From positions 15,500,001-15,564,000 of the forward strand of contig NC_043009.1 of assembly GCF_006345805.1 (NCBI RefSeq): a stretch of 64,000 bases of DNA, written 5' to 3'. The DNA is from Octopus sinensis (taxonomy: Eukaryota). How positions within the stretch are numbered: the first letter of the stretch is position 1; each line of letters opens with the position of its first letter. Made by a program: the position numbers and the translations under genes. This document shows, one piece after another, positions 12,309-25,637 of the stretch. The notes beneath the pieces are model-generated. The model did no database searches, had not been told where the DNA came from, and saw only the letters and a list, made by a program, of their open reading frames with translations.

Positions 12309-15300
12309 TTTCGTAACACAGTGTAAGCAAAAATGCATCGGAGTCTTTAATCATTTGTCAAGTCATAACTAGGACCTCAGACAGATAATACTTTTATTAA
12401 GATGTGCGCTGTGTCCAATAAGGCTGCTTTTGCAAAACATTAATCTTGCATGGGATTTAGAGTTGCCTTAAGAAGTTTTGAAGTTTTAATGGTATTGAGC
12501 CCAACGCTCCGATGACAACTAGTATCGCATTTCATACAGTCTTTCCATTTCCACTTTCAATTCGGTTGGTGGTTTTTTCAACCTCTTTACTCACATTAAG
12601 TATCTGATGGTTTTTGTCAAAAGAAAATCTTTCTATGACAATATCCGGACGATTGTGTTCAATTACACGATCCGTCTTAAAATCATAGTCCCAAAGTATC
12701 GTTATCTTTCCATTCGCCTGCATAACGTCACTTGCTACATGCTCATACCAGTTCTCTTTTACTTCATATTGGTATTTACGGCATAAGAGCCAATGAAGCT
12801 ACACATTTTATTGTGGCGGCGCTTGTATTCTTTTCGTGCAAGGCTCTCACATCCACTTACCTAGTGGGACACATTTTTCACACTCTTGCCACAGAATCTC
12901 CAATTCTGGGTGTCAGGACTTTTATAGATGTTATACTTCACTGAATTGGTAGGGAGAGCCTTCGTTCATTTGAGGATGGGAACACGATATATGACCACCC
13001 CAACTGCCAGATATTCACTACGGCAATCAAATTGTTGCCTTTCAGCTTGCATTTCAACACCATCTTCCCCCTTTTTTGTACCCCTCGCTGACCTTGACTT
13101 TCATTTCTCTGTGTAGAATGTCATCCAGCTCTAAAATCCCTAAGTATCTATACCCAATACCGTCGGGTTCCCTCATAGTCCCTCTCGATGGTAACCGCAA
13201 TCCTCTGCAGGCTGCTTTCTTGCCTCTTTTCATATGAAGTACTAAGCATTTGGTAATCCCAAATTCGATACCGATGAAGGAATCTATCTGTTTTTCAGAT
13301 TTCCCAATTTCAGGTTATCCATAAATAGAAGATGCTTCAATGATGGGCCTTTCTTCCCAAATCGGAAACCCATCTTAAATTTCCTAAGTGTCATTGTTAT
13401 GAGTATTAGAGCAATTACAAAAAGTAACGGGAAAATGAGTCACCTTGGAAGATTCCCCTTTAAATATTGACTTCTCCAACGAATCCATAACTTGAGTACA
13501 ATTTTGCTTTCCACTCTTTCATGCCATGCATCGCAAAATTTTGAATGTTGTCAACAACACCAAACATCTGCAGGCATTCAACGATCCATGAATGCGGTGT
13601 CTTATCATAAGCCTTCTTAAAGTCAATCCAAGTGATAGATACGTTTATATGATGTTTTTACAATGCGTCAACACTGTTTTATCGATGACCAGTTATCGAT
13701 AAAATTAGCAAGAGTTCGTTTGGTGTGACCATGCTGGAGCACCGCCTTTAATCGAGCAACTCGACCCCGGGACTTATTCTTTTTGTAAGCCCAGTACTTA
13801 TTCTATCGGTCTCTTTTGCCGAACCGCTAAGTAACGGGGACATAAACACACCAGCATCGGTTGTCAAGCAATGCTAGGGGGACAAACACAGACACACATG
13901 CACACACACGCTTATATATATATACATATATACGACGGGCTTCTTTCAGTTTCCGTCTACCAAATCCACTCACAAGGCTTTGGTCGGCCCGAGGCTATAG
14001 TAGAAGACACTTGCCCAAGGTGCCACGCAGTGGGACTGAACCCGGAACCATGTGGTTGGTAAACAAGCTACTTACCACACAGCCACTCCTGCGCCTTCCA
14101 GATTGTGTTTAGGCATGCCATAGGGTGGTAGTTTCCCACAATATTCTCCTTTCTTCTATCTTTCATTACTAGTGTTGTCCTCCTAGTCCCCATCAGCGCA
14201 TTTCTAGACACATTCATTCAATTGGACCGCTAGTCTTTCATGCACCGCGTGGCATCTCTGCAGCCAGAAGCCATGAATCCCATCTGGTCCAGGGACTTTC
14301 CTGTCAGGCGCTTTACCCACTTGATCTTTCTCATCACCCGCGCTTATGACAATATTCCTTTGTTTCTTTCCCCCTTATAATTCTGTCCTGATAATTCCTA
14401 TCCATATTGCATCCCTTTTATGCACCACGTTGTTTCCCCATATTTCGCTCCAGAACTCCTTGGCTTGATTTGCATCAGGAGCATCATTTTCCCAATTGTC
14501 TCCTTCTAACGTTCAGAAGAACTCATTCGGGTTATGTTTTTAAAATCTGTTATCCTCGAACTGCATATTTCTGTTCACAAATCTTCTGATCTCCTGTTTT
14601 TTTGCCATGACTCTCTGTTTTAACTTCCCTATTACAGCATCAAACCCGTTCTTCCGTATTTTATATTTCTTGTCTAATGTTTCTCGGTCGGTCTTTTTCC
14701 CATTTTTCCAGTTTCCTCTTAACCATTGGACAATTTGTCCTAGATCTGGCCTTGCCTGCATTATGTCCCTTTCACTGCGTCGTTTCAACCATGGTTCTTT
14801 TGCTCCACCATTTTTGTTCTCCTAAGTTTTAGTTTCTCCTCAACAAGTAGCGCAATAGCCCGGAGACGATTCCCTGTCTGTATTATGCCCTCTGTCTAGA
14901 TGTATGGTATGACAGTATTTCTCTTTTGTGTTACGTTATTTATCTTTCTCCGATCTACCCTTCTCATATTTATGAGGAATTTTTCTCCTGGAGCAGTCTT
15001 CAAGTCGGTGACTCGTCTTTAAATTTCATGCAATTCATTATCTAGCTGGTTCATATTCCCTGCATGTCCACCCATCATTGTTTCATAATTTACTCTATAA
15101 CATTCCTCATCCTTAACAGCCCCATCACGACTCCCTTGTTCCTCCTGTTTACTCTTCTCCCTGCTTTCAACTCCTACCTCTCTATTTTCAACTCTGACCA
15201 TCCTTTGTAGCCTATCTGCAGTACCCCACAGACACTCACTTATCCGAGATATTTCTACTCCAGTTAAGTAACCCTTCATTTTAATCACTCTCATTTGTTT

Positions 15301-15640
15301 CATTAATTTATTTTCTGACATCGACACATGTCCTTTTCCATCCAAAATTTCAAGGTACGTAGGCCTACACAGCGACTTCTTTCTAGGTTTGCTCTTATAT
15401 GACATTCAAAAGGTGCATCGTAATCTTTCTTTGTCTACTTATATCTGTTTTTGCGCACACCGTGTATAGGATCTGTTGTGACATAACAACCGTCCAAAGC
15501 CAGATCCCTGCCCGTGATGCGGGCAGTTTCGGACGTGTCGGGCGGAAAACTTTCACCACTATATCGGCTATAGTTTCATTCTCGCTGTTAATATTTTCGT
15601 TCTGTTGCATTATGATTTCATGAAGGTTCTTATTAAAATC
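12306..15640 (-). mobile_element. Decayed R4/Dong-like (RLE-type) non-LTR retrotransposon, interrupted by a SINE
   Basis: Minus-strand pieces KYKIRKNGFDAVIGKLKQRVMAKKQEIRRF..NRF (pre-RT) and RT remnants (~13500-13700). A CCHC knuckle region lies at ~12730-12900. RLE motifs ILWDYDFKTDRVIEHNRPDIV and V.PIVIGALG, and terminal QKAALLDTAHIL..VL*, are followed by a short 3'UTR and (TAA)n. Confidence 0.85.
13724..14095 (-). mobile_element. tRNA-derived CORE-like SINE (family A), near full length, inserted in the R4-like LINE
   Basis: Head GGCGCAGGAGTGGCTGTGTGG...GGTTCAGTCCC, CACCTTGGGCAAGTGTCTT core, internal TA/CA tract. Same family as 29405/32641, 56403 and 58947. Confidence 0.9.
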
Positions 15641-15788
15641 CTATCCTTCTCTTCCCTCTCTTATATACACGTGTACATGTACCTACAAACACCTATATAA
15701 TTAACATGCTTGCATTGTATCGCCTCCATAACTACAGTGATTATCATTACCACCAGGTGTCTACCTATAGTATTTAAAATTATCAATA

Positions 15789-17183
15789 ACTGGCACTATG
15801 ACCCGGCGTTGCCGGGTCTAGTGTTAGTGCTTGTTGTTCGTTGCCGGGTCGCAGTAAAAATTTCTCACTAAACCAAGAGCTAAGTTTCTTACCAGATTTC
15901 AGCGCGGGCCAGTTTTCTTGTTAATGAGCTAGTTGGGGCTTTTTATGAGAGTAATTAATATTCATTGGACCTCGGTTTTCACACCTGGAACGGCATAATC
16001 ATGGAAAACCAGCGGGACTGTGCACATGCCATTAGTCGAACATAAAAGGAGGCAGAAGAAAGCGAAAATTTCGAATTTGACCGAAAAATAGCATGATGTT
16101 GAAAATACACATAAACCTCATTTGTTGCGTTTTGGTTTCACAACTAACCCAGTTCTGTGCAATCAATGTCGTGACGAGACGCATGGGTTGAGTATTTGAT
16201 TGGCAGAGGTGATCAAGTTGCACATGCCAACCCTTGTGCCACCCTCCCACCTAACCCCCTCGTCCTATGAGTGAATAGCAATGGTGGGAAAAAGTGCTGA
16301 TTCCAGCGAAAAGGCAGAGCAATTACAGTACAAAAAACAGCATTAAAAGTGATTTTAGGAGTATGACGCATTGAAGTAAGTAACGCAGTAAGTTCATGAC
16401 GCATAGAAGCAAGTAAGACATCAAGGTTAATTAAGGTATAAATAATAGGTATGCCTTTTCGCCGGAAGGTTAATTGGGCTCGCGACCCACTGAAACGGAG
16501 AAGGTCAGGTTCGGAATACAAATAAGCCTTCAACTAAAACCTAGACTAACTGTACGGAAGGGTGCTCGGGAGCCTCTAATAGACAGCTTCTAATCCCAAT
16601 CTATCACTAACCCAATCAAGGGGTTCTAAATGACATGGCTGTAGAGTAAATTGGCTGTGGAGATGTACATGGTGGGTTTGTGTCGGAGGAGGACGACTGC
16701 ATTGGATGAAGGACCATTGAAGAATGTAGCTTTGGAGATCCAAACTCGTTAATTTCTCAAATCAAAAAAGCGTGCACGTTTGAAACTCAAACATGATAAC
16801 GCGTCTTCGCAAAACAAAAATGCGCTGAGTCATAAAGACTGTTAAAATGCGCACGCGCATTCAACTGTCAAGGGTAAAATTATCTCCGTCCATTCAAAAA
16901 ACAGCCGGCAGCCTATTGGCGTATCTAGCTGTACGCACGCATCGCGTACAAATTTCTGTTTTAGCGATTTTGAGTGGATATACCCATAATTCATGGGCAT
17001 AAGGGGTTGGTTTATCGATTTTTTAATGGCTTTCGGGGTGCTGGGGAAATGAAAATATCTTCATGACCACCGTCAGACAATTTTGACAGTCCATAGAAAA
17101 TGGAAGCCTTTTACGTGAAAAACTGTGGATTTTTATAAAGGACACACAGACACACAGATACACTGATATTTTTCGCTTTATAG
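15789..17183 (-). mobile_element. Non-autonomous Helentron/Helitron2-like element (~1.4 kb)
   Basis: Minus-strand 3' end GACCCGGCAACGCCGGGTC (hairpin) ...TAGTGCCAGT. Minus-strand 5' end AATCTCTATAAAGCG...TGTGTGTCTGTGTGTCC. No recognisable RepHel ORF inside. Confidence 0.65.
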
Positions 17184-17189
17184 AGATTA

Positions 17190-17370
17190 TATGAGTCCCT
17201 GATATTGCAGCTGATCTTCGTCACTATTTGTCAAATACTCGGCAAGCTTTCTACTTACACTCTTTATACAATGGTCTATACTAATCAGTCCTCTGCCACC
17301 ATTTTTTCTTTTCATATACAGTCTGTTTACGTATATGATATATTTTGCGCTCCCTGCATGATTTTTAATT
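17190..17370 (-). pseudogene. Short R4/Dong-like LINE fragment
   Basis: Translates VNRLYMKRKNGGRGLISIDHCIKSVSRKLAEYL (the DRLY...GGRGL motif). Confidence 0.75.
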
Positions 17371-17615
17371 CTTTAACTGGTCATTTCAAGTGATCCCACA
17401 CCCATTGGTATTGTAACCGTTTTGAGAGTAGGAGAAAGAGCAGCAGCTTAGTGAATAGACCAGATTATATAGGTCTGTAAACGCATTCAGTAGTTGGTAA
17501 GGAGATCAGCAGTGGGCATTCCTGGGCGATCAGGAGACAAAAGAGTCCTCATACCCTTGGGGTCACCAGAGGTCAAATGTGTATACAACTACTAGTGAGC
17601 AACGAGAGCAATGAA

Positions 17616-17699
<84 letters not shown>

Positions 17700-17700
<1 letters not shown>

Positions 17701-17860
17701 AGAGTTTACAGAAAAACAAAAAACGAAGACAGGTGGTGTACAAAACAAACAGATGTATTAGTATAACGCCCAGGAATAGACAAATAGGGACACAGAAAAA
17801 ACAAAGAGAGAAACAAGGAGCGAAAAAATGTGTATAGTGGCTAACGATCTATCATGGTGA
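17700..17860 (-). repeat. Fragment of the same PLE-terminus-like repeat as 53287-53478, lacking the hammerhead segment
   Basis: CAGGTGGTGTACAAAACAAACAGATGTATTAGTATAACGCCCAGGAATAG...GCTAACGATCTATCATG aligns with 53325-53478. Lies between (TA)n tracts. Confidence 0.7.
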
Positions 17861-17898
<38 letters not shown>

Positions 17899-17908
<10 letters not shown>

Positions 17909-18263
17909 GGCAGTTTGTCTCTGTGTGTGTCTGTGTGTCTGTCAGGTTGTACCCTCACCCTGACCACGGCTTTCAACCGATTCTGATGAAACTTGACACA
18001 CACATAGCCCAATGTCATAATTCAAAACTAACGCAGCGAAAAGTTTGAAAAGTTCCCCCAGTTCTGAAAAAAATCGATAAATTCGACATGGGGTCGAGAA
18101 TCAGAAACAAACCACAGACTGTCTAGGGGACGCAACTCAACCTTTTTTAACTCAAAAGAAAATTTACCACCATTTTTTTGCTATTTTTGGGCTATAACTC
18201 TCTAAAAATGCTTTATAGTTATTTCCCTTACAAACCTGAGCAACGCCGGGCGATACTGCTAGT
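17899..18263 (+). mobile_element. HINE/DINE-1-like short non-autonomous Helentron in (TA)n
   Basis: 5' TATAAACGGCAGTTTGTCTCTGTGTGTG, internal CCGATTCTGATGAAACTTG, 3' GAGCAACGCCGGGCGATACTGCTAGT. Confidence 0.75.
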
Positions 18264-18326
18264 ATATATATATATATATATATGTATGTATAAATAAATA
18301 AATATATATATATATATATATATAAT

Positions 18327-18382
<56 letters not shown>

Positions 18383-19041
18383 TTATGTATGTATGTATGT
18401 ATGTATGTATGTATATTACATCGTTGAATTTTGAATTTCAGATTTCTTTTTTATTTTTATTTTCTTATTATAAGTTGTACTGTGTTTTACGGTTTTTGCA
18501 ATTTTGTAGTTTGTATACATTGGCAGGTGCTTGCCTCCTTAACTTTTCTTTTTTTATCGTGCATTTAATTGCGTTCTTGCAATAAAAGGTGTGTTTACAT
18601 ATTCGGGTGGTCAGGGAAAAAAGAAAGATGATACTTTCACACAAATTGTAGATACTAAAGTTTTAGAATTTTCTAGAGATGTTTGTTTGTATATCCGATC
18701 AGAAAAGGATGTTTACGTTTTTGAATACCCGGGGAGTAAGGAAAGAAAAGAATGATCTTTTGTATGTCCTAACAGAGAAAATAGGTATTCTCAGAAGTTG
18801 TAGATATTAAGCTTATTAAAGCTGATCGTTTGTGTGTTCGAAAACTATAGATATGTACCTTTCTTATGTTATTTTAAGGGACATTTAAATTACTCACAGG
18901 AAATTGTAGATATTCCAGGATTTGAGAGTTACTTTTCAGTTGTCATGCTGAAGTGTATTAGTGTTTCGGCGTCTTCGGCTGCTGAGTGGTCAGAGCAGCG
19001 AAGAGCTCGTCCAGCCGCTGTTATTATTATTAATATTATTA

Positions 19042-19134
<93 letters not shown>

Positions 19135-20091
19135 TAGTAGTAGTAGTAGTAGTAGTAGTTGTTGTTATTTGATGTACGACAAACTGAGCTGAGCAACGCC
19201 ATTACAATTCGTTATTATTGTCAACATTATACGCAGCAGTAACAGTAATATTAAAGGCGTCATTGCGAAACCTATATTTCCTACGTAAAGAAAAGAAATG
19301 AAATCCATTACAGCATTCACTAAACTCTGACGTTGAATGTATCGTTATAATATAACTACGGAAGCTTACAAACACTTCGTTAAATATTGTATGCATACGT
19401 ATAATGAGCCACAGAAAATTATAAGTCGCGGTGAAATGTTGTATTTAGCCTTCTAGAATGAACGGTACAATATAGTAATGGGAAAATGTCTTAACAGTAC
19501 ATTTGTTAGAAAGTATCTATGACAACATTGACAATTCAATCAATATATGAAACAATTATTGCTTAAGAATTTGACACTTGGAAGATCAAGGAAAGGGACA
19601 TATAAAGGGTTTTATGGATGTATGATCTATCTAAAGAATATTGGCAATTACGCGAAGGCTGCGATGTACAAATGCAGAAGTGTTTATATGTATCGGTGTG
19701 TATATGTTTAGACATATGTATCCATATACGAACAAACCTACGAAGCCCCCACCACACACACACAAAAGAAAATTATTAAATTACCTGATTTCTTCATGTC
19801 TATTTCTCACTTTCTATAGTACCCTAAAATAATGTACAAATACATGTGATTACAAGCATTAGCATGCCACTTATATAAAACAATATGAAAATACTGCCGT
19901 ACATTTACTCTCGTAAAATCCTATCATGTGTCACTACTTAAAACGTTATGTAGTGTCTTCCCAAAACTTTGCACATGACTATGATTGTTTGACAGGTATC
20001 CAACTATATTATCTCCTTTCTGTGATGTTAATTTAGTCTTTGGTACGTCGAAGTTTTGTTTTTTATAAAAACTGAGATGTGATGTATTTCA

Positions 20092-20154
<63 letters not shown>

Positions 20155-20156
<2 letters not shown>

Positions 20157-20480
20157 ATAAGTCGTTAATTTAAAAATAAAATAACGATTTTATCAAGTGG
20201 TCAGCATGGAAAAAAAATAACCTCCAAAGGTAATAATTATTAAAATTATAAATTAGGTTATCTACGAGATACCACCATGCTGAAAATAGCAGCCATGATC
20301 TGACTCTACAACCACCTTAATTGTCCATATATAAACACGGAGAGAAAACAAAGAGACAAGATGAAACTAGTAAAAAATTACTGGATTATTGAGTATAATA
20401 TAATATTAGGGAGTACAACTCCAAACTTACAGGGTAAAATTCAGTTTAGTATTTAATCAAATTTCACAATATAAATATAC
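20155..20480 (-). repeat. PLE-terminus-like repeat fragment related to 56834-57150
   Basis: Reverse complement TTTTACCCTGTAAGTTTGGAGTTGTACTCCCTAATATT matches TTTTTCCCTGTAAGTTTGGATTTATTCCCTAATATT at ~57112-57147. Abuts (TA)n. Confidence 0.55.
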
Positions 20481-21129
20481 AATATATAAATTACAGAAAA
20501 GATAGTGTACAAATACATGTGATTACAATCTTTAGCATGCCACTTATATAAAACAATATAAAACTGCAGAAGTACATTTACTCTCATAAACTCATGTGTC
20601 ACTCCTAAAAAAAATAGAAATAAAAAAATACTTCTTTACCACCGAATAGTCACAAATCTATTACAGACATGATAGGAAAAATATCAGCGAACAATAATAT
20701 TGTCTTACCTCTACTGGGTAAGAACATGTATATGCTGATGAACCTGGTATCGGTTTCGAAAATTAGCATCAAGTAGGTGACCGATTTCTGATCAGCCAAA
20801 GTCTGCCAGCTAAATTACGACTAGCATTCTCCCCCACCATGCCTGCAAAAGTTCGTTTGAACTGACCAAGCACTATAGGAACAAACGGTGACTATTCGTT
20901 GGTATACAAGTATTTTTTGGATTTCTATTGTTTAGAGATATAGATACTCATATAGTACCCTTGTATATATATATATGTAGATATATAATATTGTATATGT
21001 ATATTTTATAAATTTGCATGTACGGCTAATAATTCGCTTACTGCTCGTGATACCATTCCCATATTTATTCATATACATACACAATTTATTGCAACTACAG
21101 CCACCTTTTCAGTGACCACAGCTGCTTAA

Positions 21130-21770
21130 TCTCCCAAGCTAATCTCCAGTCACAAAATCCCATAGGATCTTTGCATTATCATGTTCATGGTCATGTTCGT
21201 ACCACTGTTTACTCTGTTGCAAAGTGTCCAGTTTATAATCCTTGCAATATTGTCATGACGTCTCCTATGTTCTTTTTGGGCTAGTGGCGTACATTGGCAA
21301 TATGTCATACGGTTTCACCATTTTTTCCACATATTCTACACTTATCGCTTTCTATTCTGTATTGTCTTTTCTGTATTTGATGTTCTCTATTCTGTATTTA
21401 ATGTAATTGGTTCATAAAGCTTGCTCTTAGGTAACACAGACTAAAATCTTCATTTCCTGTTTAAAATCACTTTTAGTCATCCATAGACACCTTTTTTCTC
21501 TGCATGTCTTATCTTCAACATCCCCATGAAATTGTGCGTGCATTCTTTTCTTTATCCGCTTATTTTCGGTTTACTTCATTCTCGAGTGCTTGTACAGTGC
21601 TTTATCTTTGCAATCTTCCATCCTACACAAGCTTGTCCTTCTTACTTCCAATAATAGCGGTTCTGTAGCATATTTTATATACCATGCTATGTTGTTTTCT
21701 TCTGTTCCAATGCTGTGTCTGCATCTAATCAGTCCTCTTCCCATTATCCTCATCATCTTTATTATTATTT
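21130..21770 (-). pseudogene. R4/Dong-like LINE fragment (post-RT to start of RLE)
   Basis: GRGLIRCRHSIGTEENNIAWYIKYATEPLL, a CRICGK-like knuckle, LAQKEHRRRHDNIARII.W and NAKILWDF. Abuts a (TTA/CTA)n tract. Confidence 0.8.
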
Positions 21771-21787
21771 TTATTATTTATTATTAT

Positions 21788-21834
<47 letters not shown>

Positions 21835-21848
21835 ATACTACTACTACT

Positions 21849-22055
21849 GAGGCGGTAAGCCGGCAAAATTGTTAGCACGCCGGGTGAAATGCTTTGCGGT
21901 ATTTCGTCTTTCTTACCGTTTTGTGTTTAAATTTCTCCGAGATCGACATTGCCTTTCAAAAATTTGGGATCGATAAAATATATACCAGTGGAACACTGGG
22001 ATCGATATAATCGACTAGTCCCCTCCTGACAAATCTGAGGACTTGTGCCTCTTGT
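21849..22055 (+). mobile_element. Degenerate family B SINE followed by (ATT/ATC)n
   Basis: GTTAGCACGCCGGGTGAAATG...GGGATCGATAAAATATATACCAG. Confidence 0.75.
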
Positions 22056-22065
22056 ATGATTATTA

Positions 22066-22099
<34 letters not shown>

Positions 22100-22181
22100 C
22101 ATTATTATTATTATTATTATTATCATTATTATTATTATTATTATTAATATTATCATTATTATTATTATTATTATTATTAAT

Positions 22182-22219
<38 letters not shown>

Positions 22220-22836
22220 TATTATCGTTATTATTATTATGTAAAACTGATTTGTCTCCATGCGTCTCCACTCGGCTCCATGCATCCAGTTCGGGCTTGT
22301 ATTATTGAATAGAGAAACAGAGGAAGCTTGTTACTCGATATTTGACTGATATTCCTCAAGCAGGGCCCCATGGTGTTGTTAGAGGTACCAACGATGATTT
22401 AGCGTTACCACTTTCGTTAGAAAAGAGATTTCCTTCGACCGCATTAGTGCACCGAAAGCTAGTAGCGTCTTCGTTACTGGAAGCTGACAGAAGCAAGTGT
22501 GTTATGTATGTGTCTGTGTGTGGGGCATATGTACGTGTGCTTCTTTGTGTGTGTGAACGTGAATTGGATATGGGTGTTTTTATTTTGTTGGTTGTATGAT
22601 TGTAAGTTTGTATGTATGCATGAGAATACGTGTGTGTTAATACCTGATATATATACACGTTCCTGCTCGAATGCGTGTAGGTTGCATGTTTGAGTATGTG
22701 CATAAGTATTTGCGTATAGGCATTTCTGTATAAATGTACGACTGTGATCCTGCTTGTCCGGAAGTGCAAATATGCGTGTGTGTGTATTTGTCTCACACGT
22801 GCATGTGTGTGTGTGTGTGTGAACACATATATGTAC

Positions 22837-23063
22837 GGCGATCTGGCAGAAACGTTAGCACGCCGGGCGAAATGCGTAGCCGTATTTCGTCTGCCGTTAA
22901 GTTATGGGTTCAAATTCCGCCGAGGACGACTTTGCCTTTCATCCTTTCGGGGTCGATACATTTAAGTACCAGTTACGCACCGGGGTCGATGTAATCGACT
23001 TAATCCGTTTGTCTGTCCTTGTTTGTCTCCTCTGTGTTTAGCCCCTTGTGGGTAATAAAGAAA
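22837..23063 (+). mobile_element. Family B SINE, near full length
   Basis: GGCGATCTGGCAGAAACGTTAGCACGCCGGGCG...GGGTTCAAATTCC...TAATAAAGAAATA. Confidence 0.9.
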
Positions 23064-25602
23064 TATATATGTACTCTTTCAGTATTTATATCCGCGCGTG
23101 TGACAGATGTATGCTAGTGTAATATATGAATGTGCGCATGTGCTTGAGTGTGGGATGTGCGTGTCAGTGTCTGCTGCACACGACAGCAAAAGAATGTCTG
23201 CTTAGGGTGTTGGTATTTAGGATTTTAAATACTATGAAACGGAATAAAATATATATTAAAATATAAATAGAAAACGTCATTTAAGAAAGTCAGGAAAATT
23301 CAAAGAATCTTCCCAATCAAAAACATTGAACTTAATCTGACCCCTGTTATTATGTAGCCCTGAATGTCGACATTTTGTTTTCCTGTAACAAGATAAATTT
23401 GGACGTTCGGATTATGATTCAGAATAAAATTGCAATCATAGCATAATTAAAACTGTTGTTTATTGACTGTTTGTTTTTGCTCCTTTATTACATCCAAGCT
23501 AAAGAAACAATGAGAATCGAATGCAATTCAAGAGAAAAAAAGGAATAATTTCATTTTGAGATCGTTCAATACATATTAATTAGAAGGCATTGATTTCGCA
23601 TGAAAGAGCTCTTTTACCGAATCTAAATAGTTAAATGGACGAAATTTCATTTAATCAGTGGTTTATATTATTTTCACTGCTTTATGAATTTCTGAAAAGA
23701 ATTAATTTTCTTACTTTTGTTTTTTTATTGTTCTTTTTCTCGCAACATGAAGTAATTTTACTAACTTGGTTGAAGTTTATTAACTATAAATAATTTTTTA
23801 AAATGCTATTTTGGAAAACAATTATTATCATGCTAAAACTGAATACATTTTTTATCAATATAAACTATTTTTAGATTTTGCTTCAAGTATTATACTTTAT
23901 ATTTAGTAATTTCGGCAAGTTTTTCCATCAAAAATTTGAATCTAACAAAATCTGTAGCTGAACGACCGTAGATGGGAGCTCTGGTAGAAATCTGTCAGGA
24001 GGAACTCATCTTGTGCGCCAGAATTATTCCTCATCTTCATTCTACCATCTGACCTATGGATGTCTTTACCAAGTGTGAGCTTTGCATGTCGCTTCGGTTT
24101 ATAAACAATGTCATTTCTCCGCCACCATTCGCCGAGGCCTTGAAATGGGTTTTATATGCGAGCAACTGTTCCTCCTCAAACCAAAATAAAGTTGGAAGTT
24201 ATATTACTAAATTCACATGTGTTAGGTTTAAGAAAGGAAACAAGGCAGACGACTCGTTTCTCCTACCTCATTCAAAAACACACAAACACATACACACATA
24301 TACACACAAACTTACATATAACATGACAACTGTTATTCCATCACTGGTTGTTAATTCGTAAATTATTTCCACTGAACTGAGAGCAAATATGCTAAGTGCG
24401 CATTGATAATATGATTGTAATAACAATATTGTTTCCCCAGAGCAAAAATATTGGATACTTCGTTTAGCTGCGCCTTTGGAAATATTAAAGTTTAATGAAA
24501 ATTTTAAAATGTTGTGTATAATTTTTATATAATTTTCCACACTGAATCTCAGGGTCAAATTCACTTTTTCCAAATACATTTTCAAAAACAGTTACAGCGG
24601 ATTAAATTTTGAATTTTTTTTAACCCATCAAAAAATAAGTTTTGGAATTTTTTTTAACCCATCGGAAAATAAGTTTTGGAAGCCGTCACTTTGTGCATAA
24701 TGCAGGTGTTGGTAACTGTAAACAGATGAAATATTGGAGGAATTTTGCTTTACGCACACCATATAATTTCTCAAAACTTGTTTATTTTTCAGGAATTTTT
24801 ATAAATCTTTGACAATTTGTATTCTAAACAGGGAAACTGATATGATCACGCAACCCCCCTACCCAAAAAATCAAAGATAAATAAATAATAATTGGTGCAT
24901 GAATTAGGACCTATTTAGCTATTATTTTTGGCACATTTCATGACTACCTCGTACTTCATGCGTTTTAAACAATTAATTAGTGAAACATGATCAATTCAGT
25001 AAGCTGTTTGATAACACCTTGGATTGTTACTATGGAAACAGGAAACTACATATTTCGATTGGGTAAAATTATATAAACTTTAAAAACTTTAAAAGCTATT
25101 AACTCCTTATTTATTGATTTATGACGAAAAGGAATTTCATGTCAATGATTACCAAATTTAGCTACATCAATACACCAAATAGGAAATCAATTGAAATAAA
25201 ACTTGAAAAGTGGCAGCCAAACAGAAAAGATCCAAAATATTTATTTTGGTAGACGAGAGTGAAATACTATGGGATTATAATTACTGCAATTAAAAATCAG
25301 CGAAAGATTCAATCAAATTAAGACTGGTGCTCTGAGTTGTGAGGAACCGGGAATATCTCAGTGATGTTAAGACCATCACCACCACCACCACCACTACTCC
25401 CACCTTCTCCTACTACTATTACTACTACTACTACTACTACTATCACTACTACTACCACTGCTGCTGCTACTACTACTATTGCCGCAACTATTGTAACAAT
25501 AACAAATGAAGATCATGATGACGATGACGACAACGACGAGAATGATGTTAGCAACGGCGATGATGCTGACGGTTGTGGTGGTGGTGGTTCAAGAAGAAAG
25601 AA

Positions 25603-25637
<35 letters not shown>

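Noticed and set aside
17983-17995. CTGATGA in the HINE
   Set aside because: Part of the usual CCGATT.TGATGAAACTTG Helentron motif; no stem II or GAAA arrangement.
20730-20770. ATG-CTGATGA-ACC..GGT-TTC-GAAAATTAGCAT hammerhead-like string
   Set aside because: Stems I and II are out of register with the core; at best a decayed relic.
25026-25039. RFX X-box-like GTTACTATGGAAAC
   Set aside because: A single degenerate match in 64 kb with no identified gene start nearby is not distinguishable from chance.
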